From assembly GCA_016931295.1 (NCBI GenBank), contig JAFGEZ010000022.1:22828-86827 (forward strand): a stretch of DNA of 64,000 nt. Reading direction: 5' to 3'. A model generated the notes under the pieces. It was not told where the DNA came from. It saw only the letters and a list, made by a program, of their open reading frames with translations, and made no database searches. Source of the DNA: Candidatus Krumholzibacteriota bacterium (lineage in GTDB: Bacteria; Krumholzibacteriota; Krumholzibacteriia; Krumholzibacteriales; Krumholzibacteriaceae). The position numbers were made by a program, and so were the translations under genes. The stretch's first letter is position 1. Each line of letters starts with the position of its first letter. Below are positions 1 to 7,321 of the stretch, piece by piece.

Positions 1-1918
1 CGGTGTACCCGATGAGCTGGATGGCGTTCACCGGGCAGACGGGAAGGCACATGCCGCAGCCCTTGCAGATCGATTCGTCGACCACGGCGATCGTCGCGCC
101 ATCCCGGCTCGTCTCCGCGATCGCGTCGAAGGGGCAGGCCTCGGCGCAGGCGCCGCACCATTCGCAGATTGTCGGGTCGATTTTCGCCATGGTCGGTTCG
201 AGCTCGATCTCCCCCGTCCTGACCAGGGCATGCGCCTTGACGGCCGCCGATCTCGCCGCCGTCACCGCCTCGACGATATTCTTCGGCCCCTGCGCGGCCC
301 CCGAGAGGAAGACGCCGTCGATGACGGTCTCGACCGGCTTGAGCTTGGGATGCACCTCGTTGAAGAAGCCGTCCCTGCCGGCGGGGGCTTTCAGGATGGC
401 GCCGATCCGGTCGTCCGCCCGCGGGACCATCCCGGTGACGAGGACGACGAGATCGGCCTCGATCTCGAGCTCGGCGCCGCCGGTGAGCAGGTCGCGAGCC
501 GTCACCGTCGCCGTGCCGTTCGATCCGGTCACGACGGGCGGATCGTCGTCGGCCGTCTGCAGGTAGATGTCGCCGAGCTTCGAGGATTCCTCGTAGATCT
601 CCTCGGTCGTCCCGTACGTCCGCACGCCCCTGGTGACGTGGTAGTTCAGCACGTCGCCGAAGCGGCGCCGGGCGACGAGCCCCGCGTGGATCGCCGCGGC
701 GCAGCAGTAGCGCGAGCAGTACGTGTTCACGCCTTCGACCGCCTCGTCCTGCCGGCTGCCCACGCAGAAGATGTAGGCGATGTTCCGCACCGCGCGTCCG
801 TTGAAGGCGAGGCTGTCGCCTCCCGTGGCGAGGAGCCGCTCGAACTGCTGCAGGGTGATAACGTTCGGGATCCGGCCGTAGCCGAACTCCCCCTCGGCCG
901 GCTCGTAGGGATCGAAGCCGGTCGCGATGACGACGGCCCCGGCGCGGATGTCGCGGAACTCTTCCTCGAGGCCGGGATCGATCTCGGGGCAGATCTCGAC
1001 GCACGCACCGCACCGCGTGCAGTGCTCGCGGTCGACGACGGGGAGGGAGGGCGAGCCGCCGCCGCGGCTGTACAGGGCCTTCCGCTCGCCGAGGCCGAAC
1101 TCGAACGGGTCGGGAACGACGACGGGGCAGGCGTCGATCGCCCGGGCGAGACGTTCTTCGAAGCCGTCGTCGTCTTCTTCACCGCGCGCGCCGGGGGCGA
1201 GCCCGCGTGGCGTCGTTTGGAGCCGCACCTCGAAATTGCCGACGCTGCCCGACGCCGAGACGATCTCGCACCCGGTGAGGAGCTCGATGTCGTCGCGCTC
1301 CTCGATCCGCCCGTAGAGGCCCGACGCGACCGAGGCGCCCGTCTCGCCGGTGGGGAAGAGCTCGCCCCACTGTGCGGTCCGCCCCCCGACGAAATGGTCC
1401 CGCTCGACGAGGAAGACGCGCGAGCCGGCGTCGGCCAGGGCGATGGCGGTCTGCATGCCGGAGACGCCCGCTCCGACGACGAGGATCGCCGTCTCGGAGG
1501 AGATGCGGGCCGGCTCCAGGGGCTCGGAGAGCAGCGCCCGCGAGATGGCGGCCTTCACGGTGCGGATCGCCTTCGCCGTCGCCTCGGCGGGGGTGTCCGA
1601 GTGCGCCCAGGAGCCCTGCTCGCGGATATTCGCCTGCACGTAGTTGTACCTGTTGATGCCCGCGCGCTCGGCGACGTTCCTGAAGGTGAAGAGGTGGAGC
1701 TTCGGGGAACAGGATGCCACGACCATGCCGTCGAGCCGCTGTTCCTCGATGTCCTGCACGATCTCCTGCTGCGTCGAGTCGGCGCAGGCGAACATCGTCA
1801 CCTTCGCCAAGGCGACCCCGTCCACCTGCTCGACCGCCGCCCTGACCGCCTCGACGTCGACGTAGTCGGAGATGTTCGATCCGCACTGGCAGATGTAGAC
1901 GCCGATCCGTTCGGTCAT
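1..1918 (-). CDS. hdrA: Heterodisulfide reductase subunit A, full-length type (N-terminal Cys-rich domain, FAD domain with inserted ferredoxin, C-terminal 2x[4Fe-4S] ferredoxin); 3' end runs off the window
   Basis: Not in the ORF track because it has no stop inside the window. My own translation of the minus strand from ATG 1918-1916 reads MTERIGVYICQCGSNISDYVDVEAV...ILVVGAGVSGMQTAIALADAG...CTRCGACVEICP...CEWCGACAEACP...CKGCGMCLPVCPVNAIQLIGYT and stays open to position 2. ATGA overlap with the stop of the upstream gene (1915-1917). Confidence 0.85.
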   Translation of the reverse strand, partial: MTERIGVYICQCGSNISDYVDVEAVRAAVEQVDGVALAKVTMFACADSTQQEIVQDIEEQRLDGMVVASCSPKLHLFTFRNVAERAGINRYNYVQANIREQGSWAHSDTPAEATAKAIRTVKAAISRALLSEPLEPARISSETAILVVGAGVSGMQTAIALADAGSRVFLVERDHFVGGRTAQWGELFPTGETGASVASGLYGRIEERDDIELLTGCEIVSASGSVGNFEVRLQTTPRGLAPGARGEEDDDGFEERLARAIDACPVVVPDPFEFGLGERKALYSRGGGSPSLPVVDREHCTRCGACVEICPEIDPGLEEEFRDIRAGAVVIATGFDPYEPAEGEFGYGRIPNVITLQQFERLLATGGDSLAFNGRAVRNIAYIFCVGSRQDEAVEGVNTYCSRYCCAAAIHAGLVARRRFGDVLNYHVTRGVRTYGTTEEIYEESSKLGDIYLQTADDDPPVVTGSNGTATVTARDLLTGGAELEIEADLVVLVTGMVPRADDRIGAILKAPAGRDGFFNEVHPKLKPVETVIDGVFLSGAAQGPKNIVEAVTAARSAAVKAHALVRTGEIELEPTMAKIDPTICEWCGACAEACPFDAIAETSRDGATIAVVDESICKGCGMCLPVCPVNAIQLIGYT

Positions 1919-3216
1919 GGCGTGCTCTCCAGGTATGCCAGGGCCCCCGCGGCGGCCGCTCCGGCCGACGCGATCGAGTCCGGGATGTCCATGGGGCCGG
2001 AGGCGGTCCCCGCCACGAAGACGCCGGCGATGCTCGTTCCCGCCGGGTCGCTCAACCGGTCGGCCCGCCGCACGTAGCCGTAGTCGTCGAGCTCGAGGGC
2101 GCCGCCCCGGAAGATTCCGCCCGCCTCCGGGTTCGAGAGCATGCCGACGGAAAGCACGACGAGGTCGTGTACCGCTTCCTTCACCGTTCCCTCGACGATG
2201 TCCTCGTACCGGAGGACCAGGTCCCCGTCGTCGCGCTCCTCGATCGTTCCCACCTTCCCCTTGACGAACTCGACGCCCATCCCCTCGGTGCTGCGGTAGA
2301 ACTCCTCGTATCCTTTCCCGAAGGCCCTGATGTCTATGTAGTAGATCGTGATGTCGGCCATCGGCAGCGCGCCGAGCAGGAGCTGACCCTGCTTCATGGA
2401 GTACATGCAGCAGACCTGCGAGCAGATGGGATTGCCGAGGGTAGCGTCGCGCGAGCCGGCGCACAGGACGTAGGCGATGTTGTCGGGGATCTTGCCGTCG
2501 GTGGGGCGCAGGACGTTGTTGAACGGCCGCGTCGGCACGAGCTGCCGTTCCATCTGCATCGAGGTGATGACGTTGCCGAAGTGGCCCGCGCCGTAGTTCT
2601 CGATGCGGGCCGGCTCGAAGAGACGGAAGCCCATCGCGACGACGATCGTGCCCGCGATCACGCCGGTCGTCCGGGTTTCCTGCGTGAAATCGATCGCTTC
2701 GGATGGGCACGCCCGTTCGCACGCGCCGCAGAGGATGCAATGATCAAGATCGATCGCGGCGACCCGCGGGTTGGCGATGCTGAAGGGGACGTAGGCGGCT
2801 TTCCTGCCGACGAGGCCGTACTGGTACTGGTCGTCGACGACGACCGGGCAGACCGCCTCGCACTTCTGGCAGCCCGTGCAGTTTTTCTCGACGACGTACC
2901 GCGGCCGCGTCGTCAACGTTCCCTCGAAGGCGCCGTCGGCCCGCCGGGCGACGTCGCCGATCTCGGTGTTGGTCATCACGGTGATGTTCGGGTGGCGCGC
3001 CGTCTCGGAAACCTTCGGGGTGGTGATGCAGGCGGCGCAGTCGAGCGTCGGAAACACCTTGCTCAGGTGGATCATCCTGCCGCCGATGGAGAGATCCTTC
3101 TCGACGAGGAGGACCGTGCGTCCCGTGTCGGCCAGGTTCAGGGCCGATTCCTGGCCGGCGATGCCGCCGCCGATCACGACCGCGTCGAACTGCATGGTGC
3201 CGGTCTCTTCGTTCAC
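1915..3216 (-). CDS. HdrA-like FAD/[4Fe-4S] flavoprotein, short form (FAD domain with inserted 2x[4Fe-4S] ferredoxin; lacks the N- and C-terminal domains of the downstream paralogue)
   Basis: Track ORF of 433 aa. Motifs: dinucleotide fold DAVVIGGGIAGQESA, LDCAACITTPK, ferredoxin motifs CTGCQKCEAVCP and CILCGACERACP, and VFVAGTASGP near the C-terminus. GTG start at 3216 with GAGGAG upstream (alternative ATG at 3195). Confidence 0.85.
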   Translation of the reverse strand: MNEETGTMQFDAVVIGGGIAGQESALNLADTGRTVLLVEKDLSIGGRMIHLSKVFPTLDCAACITTPKVSETARHPNITVMTNTEIGDVARRADGAFEGTLTTRPRYVVEKNCTGCQKCEAVCPVVVDDQYQYGLVGRKAAYVPFSIANPRVAAIDLDHCILCGACERACPSEAIDFTQETRTTGVIAGTIVVAMGFRLFEPARIENYGAGHFGNVITSMQMERQLVPTRPFNNVLRPTDGKIPDNIAYVLCAGSRDATLGNPICSQVCCMYSMKQGQLLLGALPMADITIYYIDIRAFGKGYEEFYRSTEGMGVEFVKGKVGTIEERDDGDLVLRYEDIVEGTVKEAVHDLVVLSVGMLSNPEAGGIFRGGALELDDYGYVRRADRLSDPAGTSIAGVFVAGTASGPMDIPDSIASAGAAAAGALAYLESTP

Positions 3217-3231
3217 GAAGCCGCGCTCTCC

Positions 3232-3645
3232 TCAGGTTTGTTTTCGGGCTCCGGCCAGGGCGTCGGTCAGGGACGTCACCATCTTCACGAAGGTCTCGGA
3301 GCAGACGGAACAGATCGCGGCCATGCGCAGTCGCGCTGGATCCATCCCCCGCTCCTTCATCATCTCCTGTGTCCGCCTGACGATCTCGGCGGTCTTTTCG
3401 GCGCAGGACTCCCCGTACGGGCAGTCGGTGCCGTCGGCGGCGATGAAGACGCCGTCGAATCCGCGCTCGAAGGCGCGCATGATCCATCTCGGCTTGATGC
3501 CGCCGGAGCAGGGCACGCTGATGGTGTCCACCGTCGGCGGGTAGTGCTGCTTCAGCAAACCCGCGAGGTCGATCGCCGGATCGGAGATCTTCTCGGTGGA
3601 GAAGACGAGGATCGAGACGCCGTCCCTGCCGCCCGCGTCCGTCAT
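3232..3645 (-). CDS. mvhD: MvhD-like iron-sulfur protein (methyl-viologen-reducing hydrogenase delta subunit family)
   Basis: C-terminal 137 aa of track ORF 3232..3723. Start moved to ATG 3645, which forms an ATGA overlap with the tusA stop. The pattern ILVFSTE...VPCSGG...FDGVFIAADGTDCPYGESC resembles the MvhD family. The upstream part of the track ORF is out-of-context Arg-rich sequence. Confidence 0.7.
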   Translation of the reverse strand: MTDAGGRDGVSILVFSTEKISDPAIDLAGLLKQHYPPTVDTISVPCSGGIKPRWIMRAFERGFDGVFIAADGTDCPYGESCAEKTAEIVRRTQEMMKERGMDPARLRMAAICSVCSETFVKMVTSLTDALAGARKQT

Positions 3646-3893
3646 TGCTTCTTCATGAAGATCCGGAAAAAGCCCGATTCCTCGATGGTGCCGAGGTACT
3701 CGTGCCCCTTCTTCTCGGCCCACTTCGGCACGTCGCGTTTCGTTGCCGCGTCGGACGACAGCACTTCCATGATCTGGCCCGACGCGATCGTGCTGATTGC
3801 CTTCTTGGCGGCCAGGAGCGGGCCGGGGCAGGCGGTCGCCCGCGCGTCGACGGTCTTGTCCACGGTGAGATTCGCCAGTTCGGCAGCGTCCAT
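3642..3893 (-). CDS. tusA: TusA/SirA-family sulfurtransferase
   Basis: Last 83 aa of track ORF 3642..4352, starting at ATG 3893. Contains the diagnostic Cys-Pro-x-Pro motif (ATACPGPLLAAKK). The rest of the 236-aa track ORF overlaps the dsrE-like gene in another frame and is Arg-rich junk. Confidence 0.8.
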   Translation of the reverse strand: MDAAELANLTVDKTVDARATACPGPLLAAKKAISTIASGQIMEVLSSDAATKRDVPKWAEKKGHEYLGTIEESGFFRIFMKKQ

Positions 3894-3907
3894 GTCCGTT
3901 CCTTCCG

Positions 3908-4333
3908 TCAGATGAACAGGTGGATGTCGGCGTGTTGCATGGAGGTGAGACACTCGCCGATGCCGACGATGTCGTCGACGATGTCGACGAAGTCCGATTT
4001 CTCCATGCCGCCCCAGATCTTTCCGGCGAGCCCGCACATGTAGACCTTCATGTCGGTGAGCTCCTTCGCCTCCCTGAAGGCCTCGAGCCACGGCGTCACG
4101 TTGAGTCGGCCGAGGGACTCGACGAACCGGTCGCGCATCGCGTCGTTCTCGGCGAGGGGCAGCTCGACCGGTTTCGCGGCGACGTCTTTCAGGAACGCCC
4201 GCGCCCCCTGCATCAGCACGAAGACCTCGATCTCCATGTCGTCGGCGGCCGCCCCGCCCACGATGACGCCGGCCGCGGTCAGCCTGTCGAGACCGCCGGA
4301 GAAGAGCCCGATCGTCAGTTTCGTGTTCGCCAC
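3908..4333 (-). CDS. DsrE/DsrF/DsrH-like sulfur-relay family protein
   Basis: Track ORF of 141 aa. GTG start at 4333 preceded by AAAGGAG. N-terminal LTIGLFSGGLDRLTAAGVIVGGAAA and a conserved Cys in VYMCGLAGKIWG are typical of the DsrE-like fold. Confidence 0.7.
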   Translation of the reverse strand: MANTKLTIGLFSGGLDRLTAAGVIVGGAAADDMEIEVFVLMQGARAFLKDVAAKPVELPLAENDAMRDRFVESLGRLNVTPWLEAFREAKELTDMKVYMCGLAGKIWGGMEKSDFVDIVDDIVGIGECLTSMQHADIHLFI

Positions 4334-4350
4334 GGGTACACGCTCCTTTC

Positions 4351-4397
4351 ATTCCACAATGGATTGGAATGATATACCAGGAGCGATATCATAACAA
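4351..4397 (-). promoter_or_regulatory. Sigma70-like promoter plus operator for the dsrE-tusA-mvhD-hdrA operon
   Basis: Minus strand reads TTGTTA (4397-4392), a 17-nt spacer, then TATCAT (4374-4369). This is immediately followed by the inverted repeat ATTCCAATCCATTGTGGAAT (4370-4351; TCCA-N8-TGGA), then AAAGGAG and the GTG at 4333. Confidence 0.5.
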
Positions 4398-4409
4398 CCC
4401 AAAAATACA

Positions 4410-4456
4410 TTGACTTCATGAAAATGTGGCGTATCATTATCCAACGTACATTGGAT
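4410..4456 (+). promoter_or_regulatory. Sigma70-like promoter plus operator for the DUF5320/ArsR-rhodanese operon
   Basis: TTGACT (4410-4415), a 16-nt spacer, then TATCAT (4432-4437). This is followed by the near-perfect palindrome ATCCAACGTACATTGGAT (4439-4456; TCCA-N8-TGGA), the same half-site and spacing as the operator on the other strand. Confidence 0.5.
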
Positions 4457-4504
4457 GGTTGTGCGAGAAGACGACCCGGCCACGCCGGGCAAGGAGGTGC
4501 GACG

Positions 4505-4684
4505 ATGCCTGATTTCGACGGTTCGGGACCGAGAAGCGGCGGACGCGGCAGGGGCGCCGGGGGCGCCGGCTCGGGCGGCTCGTGCGTGTGCCCGCGCTGC
4601 GGACACCGGGAGCCGCATGAGCGCGGCCGCCCCTGCAATCAGAAGAAATGCCCGACGTGCGATGTTCCCCTGGTGCGGGAGTAG
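4505..4684 (+). CDS. DUF5320-like small Cys-rich protein
   Basis: Start moved to ATG 4505, with AAGGAGG at 4491-4497. Sequence MPDFDGSGPRSGGRGRGAGG...CVCPRCGHREPHERGRPCNQKKCPTCDVPLVRE matches my memory of the DUF5320 pattern (MPxxDGTGP, Gly/Arg-rich linker, CxCPxCG...H...PC...CPxC). Confidence 0.65.
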   Translation: MPDFDGSGPRSGGRGRGAGGAGSGGSCVCPRCGHREPHERGRPCNQKKCPTCDVPLVRE

Positions 4685-4741
4685 CATGAACGGCGGGGGC
4701 GACCGGCCGCCGCGTCCCCCGGCAACGGGAGAGAGGGCGTC

Positions 4742-5428
4742 GTGAAGGACGACAGGAACGTGCAGGGCTACCGGCAGGTCGCCGACACGGCGAAGCTGTT
4801 CGCCGATCCGCTCAGGCTCGAGATCATCGAGATTCTCGCGCAGGGGCCGCGGACGGTCGATTCGCTCGCCGTCGCGTGCGACCAGCCGCTCAAGAACGTG
4901 TCGCATCACCTGCGGCGCCTTCTCGCCGCCGGGTTGGTGAAACGGGTCAAGAGCGGGCGGCGCGCGATCTACTCGATCGCCGACGAGCGGGTGACGTCGC
5001 TGTGGGTGATGATCCGGCGGTTCGCGGAGGATCGCGTCTCCGCGACGATGGATATCGACTGGGACGCGCCCGACCGGACGATGAATGCCGAGGATCTCGC
5101 GCGGCTCGTCGCGCGCCGGGAGGTGCTTGTGATCGACGTGCGTCCCCCGGAAGAGTTCGCCAGCGGCCATCTGCCGGGGGCCGTCTCGATTCCCGAGGAG
5201 GAGATCGAGGCGCGGCTCAACGAGCTTCCCCGGGACCGTCCCGTCGTCGCCTTTTGCCGCGGGCCGTACTGCCTGCTCGCCGATCGCGCGGTGGACCTGC
5301 TCCGGGCCTCCGGGATGCGCGCCCTGCGCTGCGCCGGCGGCGTCGCCGAATGGCGGTCCCTCGGGCTGTCGGTGGAGGCGCAGGGCGCGGCGCCCGCCGA
5401 CGAAACACGGGCGGGGCGCCCGGAGTGA
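4742..5428 (+). CDS. ArsR/SmtB-family transcriptional regulator fused to a C-terminal rhodanese domain
   Basis: Track ORF of 228 aa with a GTG start. The N-terminus has the ArsR winged-helix signature (LFADPLRLEIIEILAQGPRTVDSLAVACDQPLKNVSHHLRRLLAAGLV). The C-terminus is a rhodanese domain (VLVIDVRPPEEFASGHLPGAVSIP...VVAFCRGPYCLLAD) with the active-site Cys loop CRGPYC. Confidence 0.85.
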   Translation: MKDDRNVQGYRQVADTAKLFADPLRLEIIEILAQGPRTVDSLAVACDQPLKNVSHHLRRLLAAGLVKRVKSGRRAIYSIADERVTSLWVMIRRFAEDRVSATMDIDWDAPDRTMNAEDLARLVARREVLVIDVRPPEEFASGHLPGAVSIPEEEIEARLNELPRDRPVVAFCRGPYCLLADRAVDLLRASGMRALRCAGGVAEWRSLGLSVEAQGAAPADETRAGRPE

Positions 5429-5465
5429 CCGGTGCGGGCGGCGCCGTCGCGTCCCGGCCGGCGTG

Positions 5466-6098
5466 TCAGAGGCCGGCCTTCGGTTCCGCGGAGTTTCCCT
5501 TTCCCGGGACGGCCGTCCCTCTCGCGAGACAGAGCAGGTATCCCGCGACATCGGTCGGCCACCCGTCGATCGTTCGCTCGAGGGCGTCCATGTCGCGGGC
5601 GAAGAGGGCGCGGGAGGCCTCCTCGAACCGCGGGAGATCCCCGGCCATGTCCCACATGAAGCGGTGCGCGGCCTCGATCGCCTCCCGGGCGAGATCCTCG
5701 CCGCGGCTCGCGCGGCTCGCATCCTCGACGAGGCGGCGCAGGGTCGCCGACGCCCCGCCCCGCTGACCGCGCAACCACTCCCAGTGGCGGGGGAGGAGGG
5801 TGACCTCCCTGGCCACCACGCCGAGGCGCGGGCGGCCCGGGCCGCGAGGCCGAAGGGCGTCCTTTTCCCCGCGGGGGAGCACGGGGTGATCGGCGAGCCG
5901 TGCGAGGCTCTCCTCCGGGGTTCCCCGGTAATCGATGTCGATCGTCTCCCCGGTGGCGTCGCGATAGATGACGAGACGGCCCGGATCGCCGGTGTCGTAA
6001 CGTCGCTTCGCCTCGAGAACGACGATGTCGATCGGCCCGGCGGCGATCATCCGCCGGTCGAGGAAGGCGGTATACGTGCCCGTCCGCTGTTCAGCCAT
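5466..6098 (-). CDS. Conserved hypothetical protein (DUF2239-like, family assignment from memory)
   Basis: Track ORF 5466..6107. I prefer ATG 6098, which has GAAAGG 10 nt upstream; the GTG at 6107 has no room for an SD. Composition is protein-like and non-repetitive. Convergent with the ArsR-rhodanese gene. Confidence 0.6.
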   Translation of the reverse strand: MAEQRTGTYTAFLDRRMIAAGPIDIVVLEAKRRYDTGDPGRLVIYRDATGETIDIDYRGTPEESLARLADHPVLPRGEKDALRPRGPGRPRLGVVAREVTLLPRHWEWLRGQRGGASATLRRLVEDASRASRGEDLAREAIEAAHRFMWDMAGDLPRFEEASRALFARDMDALERTIDGWPTDVAGYLLCLARGTAVPGKGNSAEPKAGL

Positions 6099-6154
6099 CC
6101 GGTGCACCTTTCTTTGCGATGTCCACGCCCGGTGCTCCCGGGCGTTCGCGGAAT

Positions 6155-6183
6155 AATATACCCGGGTAAAAAGGCGGTGTCAA
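6155..6183 (-). promoter_or_regulatory. Sigma70-like promoter for the DUF2239-like gene
   Basis: Minus strand reads TTGACA (6183-6178), a 17-nt spacer, then TATATT (6160-6155). Two direct repeats of TTTACCCGG(G/A)T(T)ATATT overlap the -35-proximal and -10 regions. Confidence 0.45.
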
Positions 6184-6335
6184 TATAATCCGGGTAAATA
6201 TATGCGGACGAGCATGTACTGGCGGGACGGCGCGCCGGCGGTACCGCGTCCCGGCCGGCGAGGATCGGCGGGAAAGGGGAAGGGCGATGCGATGCGCGGC
6301 CGGAAAAGATCGCGTCCGCGTTGCGGCAGCGCGCC

Positions 6336-7058
6336 TCAGTCCTCGAGGAAGTACTCGATCGTCGAGACGACGCGGACCGTCTTGTGCAGCTGGGCCGCCT
6401 CGTTGATTCCCGGGGCCCGGTCGCGGGCGAGGATGACGAAGACGCCCTGGTTGGCCCGGCGGATCCCGCCGACCTCGCTCCCCGAGTCGGTGGCGAACTG
6501 CTCGGCGGCGCGGCGGGCCTTGGCCGTCGCCTCGGCGATCATCTCCGGCTTGAGGTCGCTGAGGCCGGTGAAGAGGTAGGTCGGGCCACCCGCGTAGGGG
6601 TTCGACGAGAGGACCACGCCCTGCTCGACGAGGGCGTCGAGCGCCTGGCTCGCCTCCTGCACCTTGGCGCACTCGCTCGTGCGTACCATGAGCGTCTGCT
6701 CGATCACGTAGCGGCTCCGGACCGCGCCGTCGCGGTAGCGGTCGGTGAAGGCGTCGCTCACCGAGAGTCGCTGGACCTCGATCTCCCCGTCGGAGAACCC
6801 GCGCTCCTTCAAAAACGAGACGACGGTCTTCTTCGCCGCGCGGATCCCCGCCTGGGCCCGCGCGAGATCGTCGTCGGTGGCGGCGAAGGAGAGGGGCCAG
6901 AGGGCGACGTCGGCGGTCACCTCGCGTTCGGAGACCCCCTTCACCGTGACGAAGCGATCGGCCGCCCGGCCCTTCATGAAGCCGTTGCCGACGAACCAGC
7001 CCGCAAGGGCGATACCGGCCGCGAGAAGCACGACCGGCACAACGTTTCGTTCGTTCAT
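6336..7058 (-). CDS. SIMPL-domain (DUF541) protein with N-terminal membrane anchor
   Basis: C-terminal 240 aa of track ORF 6336..7457. ATG 7058 with AAGGGGA upstream. Has an N-terminal TM helix (VVPVVLLAAGIALAGWFVG). The overall pattern (VTVKGVSEREVTADVA...QTLMVRT...VRVVSTIEYFL) is typical of SIMPL family proteins. Confidence 0.75.
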   Translation of the reverse strand: MNERNVVPVVLLAAGIALAGWFVGNGFMKGRAADRFVTVKGVSEREVTADVALWPLSFAATDDDLARAQAGIRAAKKTVVSFLKERGFSDGEIEVQRLSVSDAFTDRYRDGAVRSRYVIEQTLMVRTSECAKVQEASQALDALVEQGVVLSSNPYAGGPTYLFTGLSDLKPEMIAEATAKARRAAEQFATDSGSEVGGIRRANQGVFVILARDRAPGINEAAQLHKTVRVVSTIEYFLED

Positions 7059-7321
7059 GATGATCCCCTTTCGCGGCGCCGGAAGGCCGGCGCCGACGCG
7101 GGAATCGTAGCACGAGGGGCGGGAGGGGGGCCAGGGATTATGAAGGCGGCCGCGCCGCGGCGGTGCCAGTGGGCGCCGTGCGCCGTTTTCTGCTCGCGGA
7201 GCGATCAAGCGCGTCCGGCGTCGCGGCGGGTTCGCGTCTGACACCGCGGTGGATCGGTGTTGCACCTGAAATCGCGAATACGTATCGTTGAGACGGGACT
7301 CCGCCGCACAGAGGAGATACC

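Noticed and set aside
1915-1918. Possibility that the TGA ending the short HdrA is a selenocysteine or read-through codon joining it to the long HdrA. HdrA and MvhD are selenoproteins in some organisms.
   Set aside because: The downstream ORF starts with ATG in a different frame (ATGA overlap), so read-through would not produce the long HdrA. The two proteins also each begin with their own complete domains.
230-2077. Long plus-strand ORFs (230..2077, 615 aa; 3..566; 2167..3915, 582 aa) covering the hdrA genes.
   Set aside because: Their products are Arg/Gly/Asp/Pro-rich with no motifs. The opposite strand gives clean HdrA, MvhD and TusA sequences with FAD and CxxCxxCxxxCP motifs. These are typical antisense shadow ORFs of GC-rich DNA.
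4418-4504. N-terminal extension (MKMWRIIIQRTLDG...) of the DUF5320 ORF.
   Set aside because: It would start inside the predicted -35/-10 promoter and operator. The ATG at 4505 has a perfect AAGGAGG and begins with the family's conserved MPxFDG motif.
7075-7094. Perfect hairpin GGCGCCGG-aagg-CCGGCGCC just upstream of the SIMPL gene start.
   Set aside because: It lies in a divergent promoter region with no upstream gene to terminate. Its significance is unclear, so it was not called.
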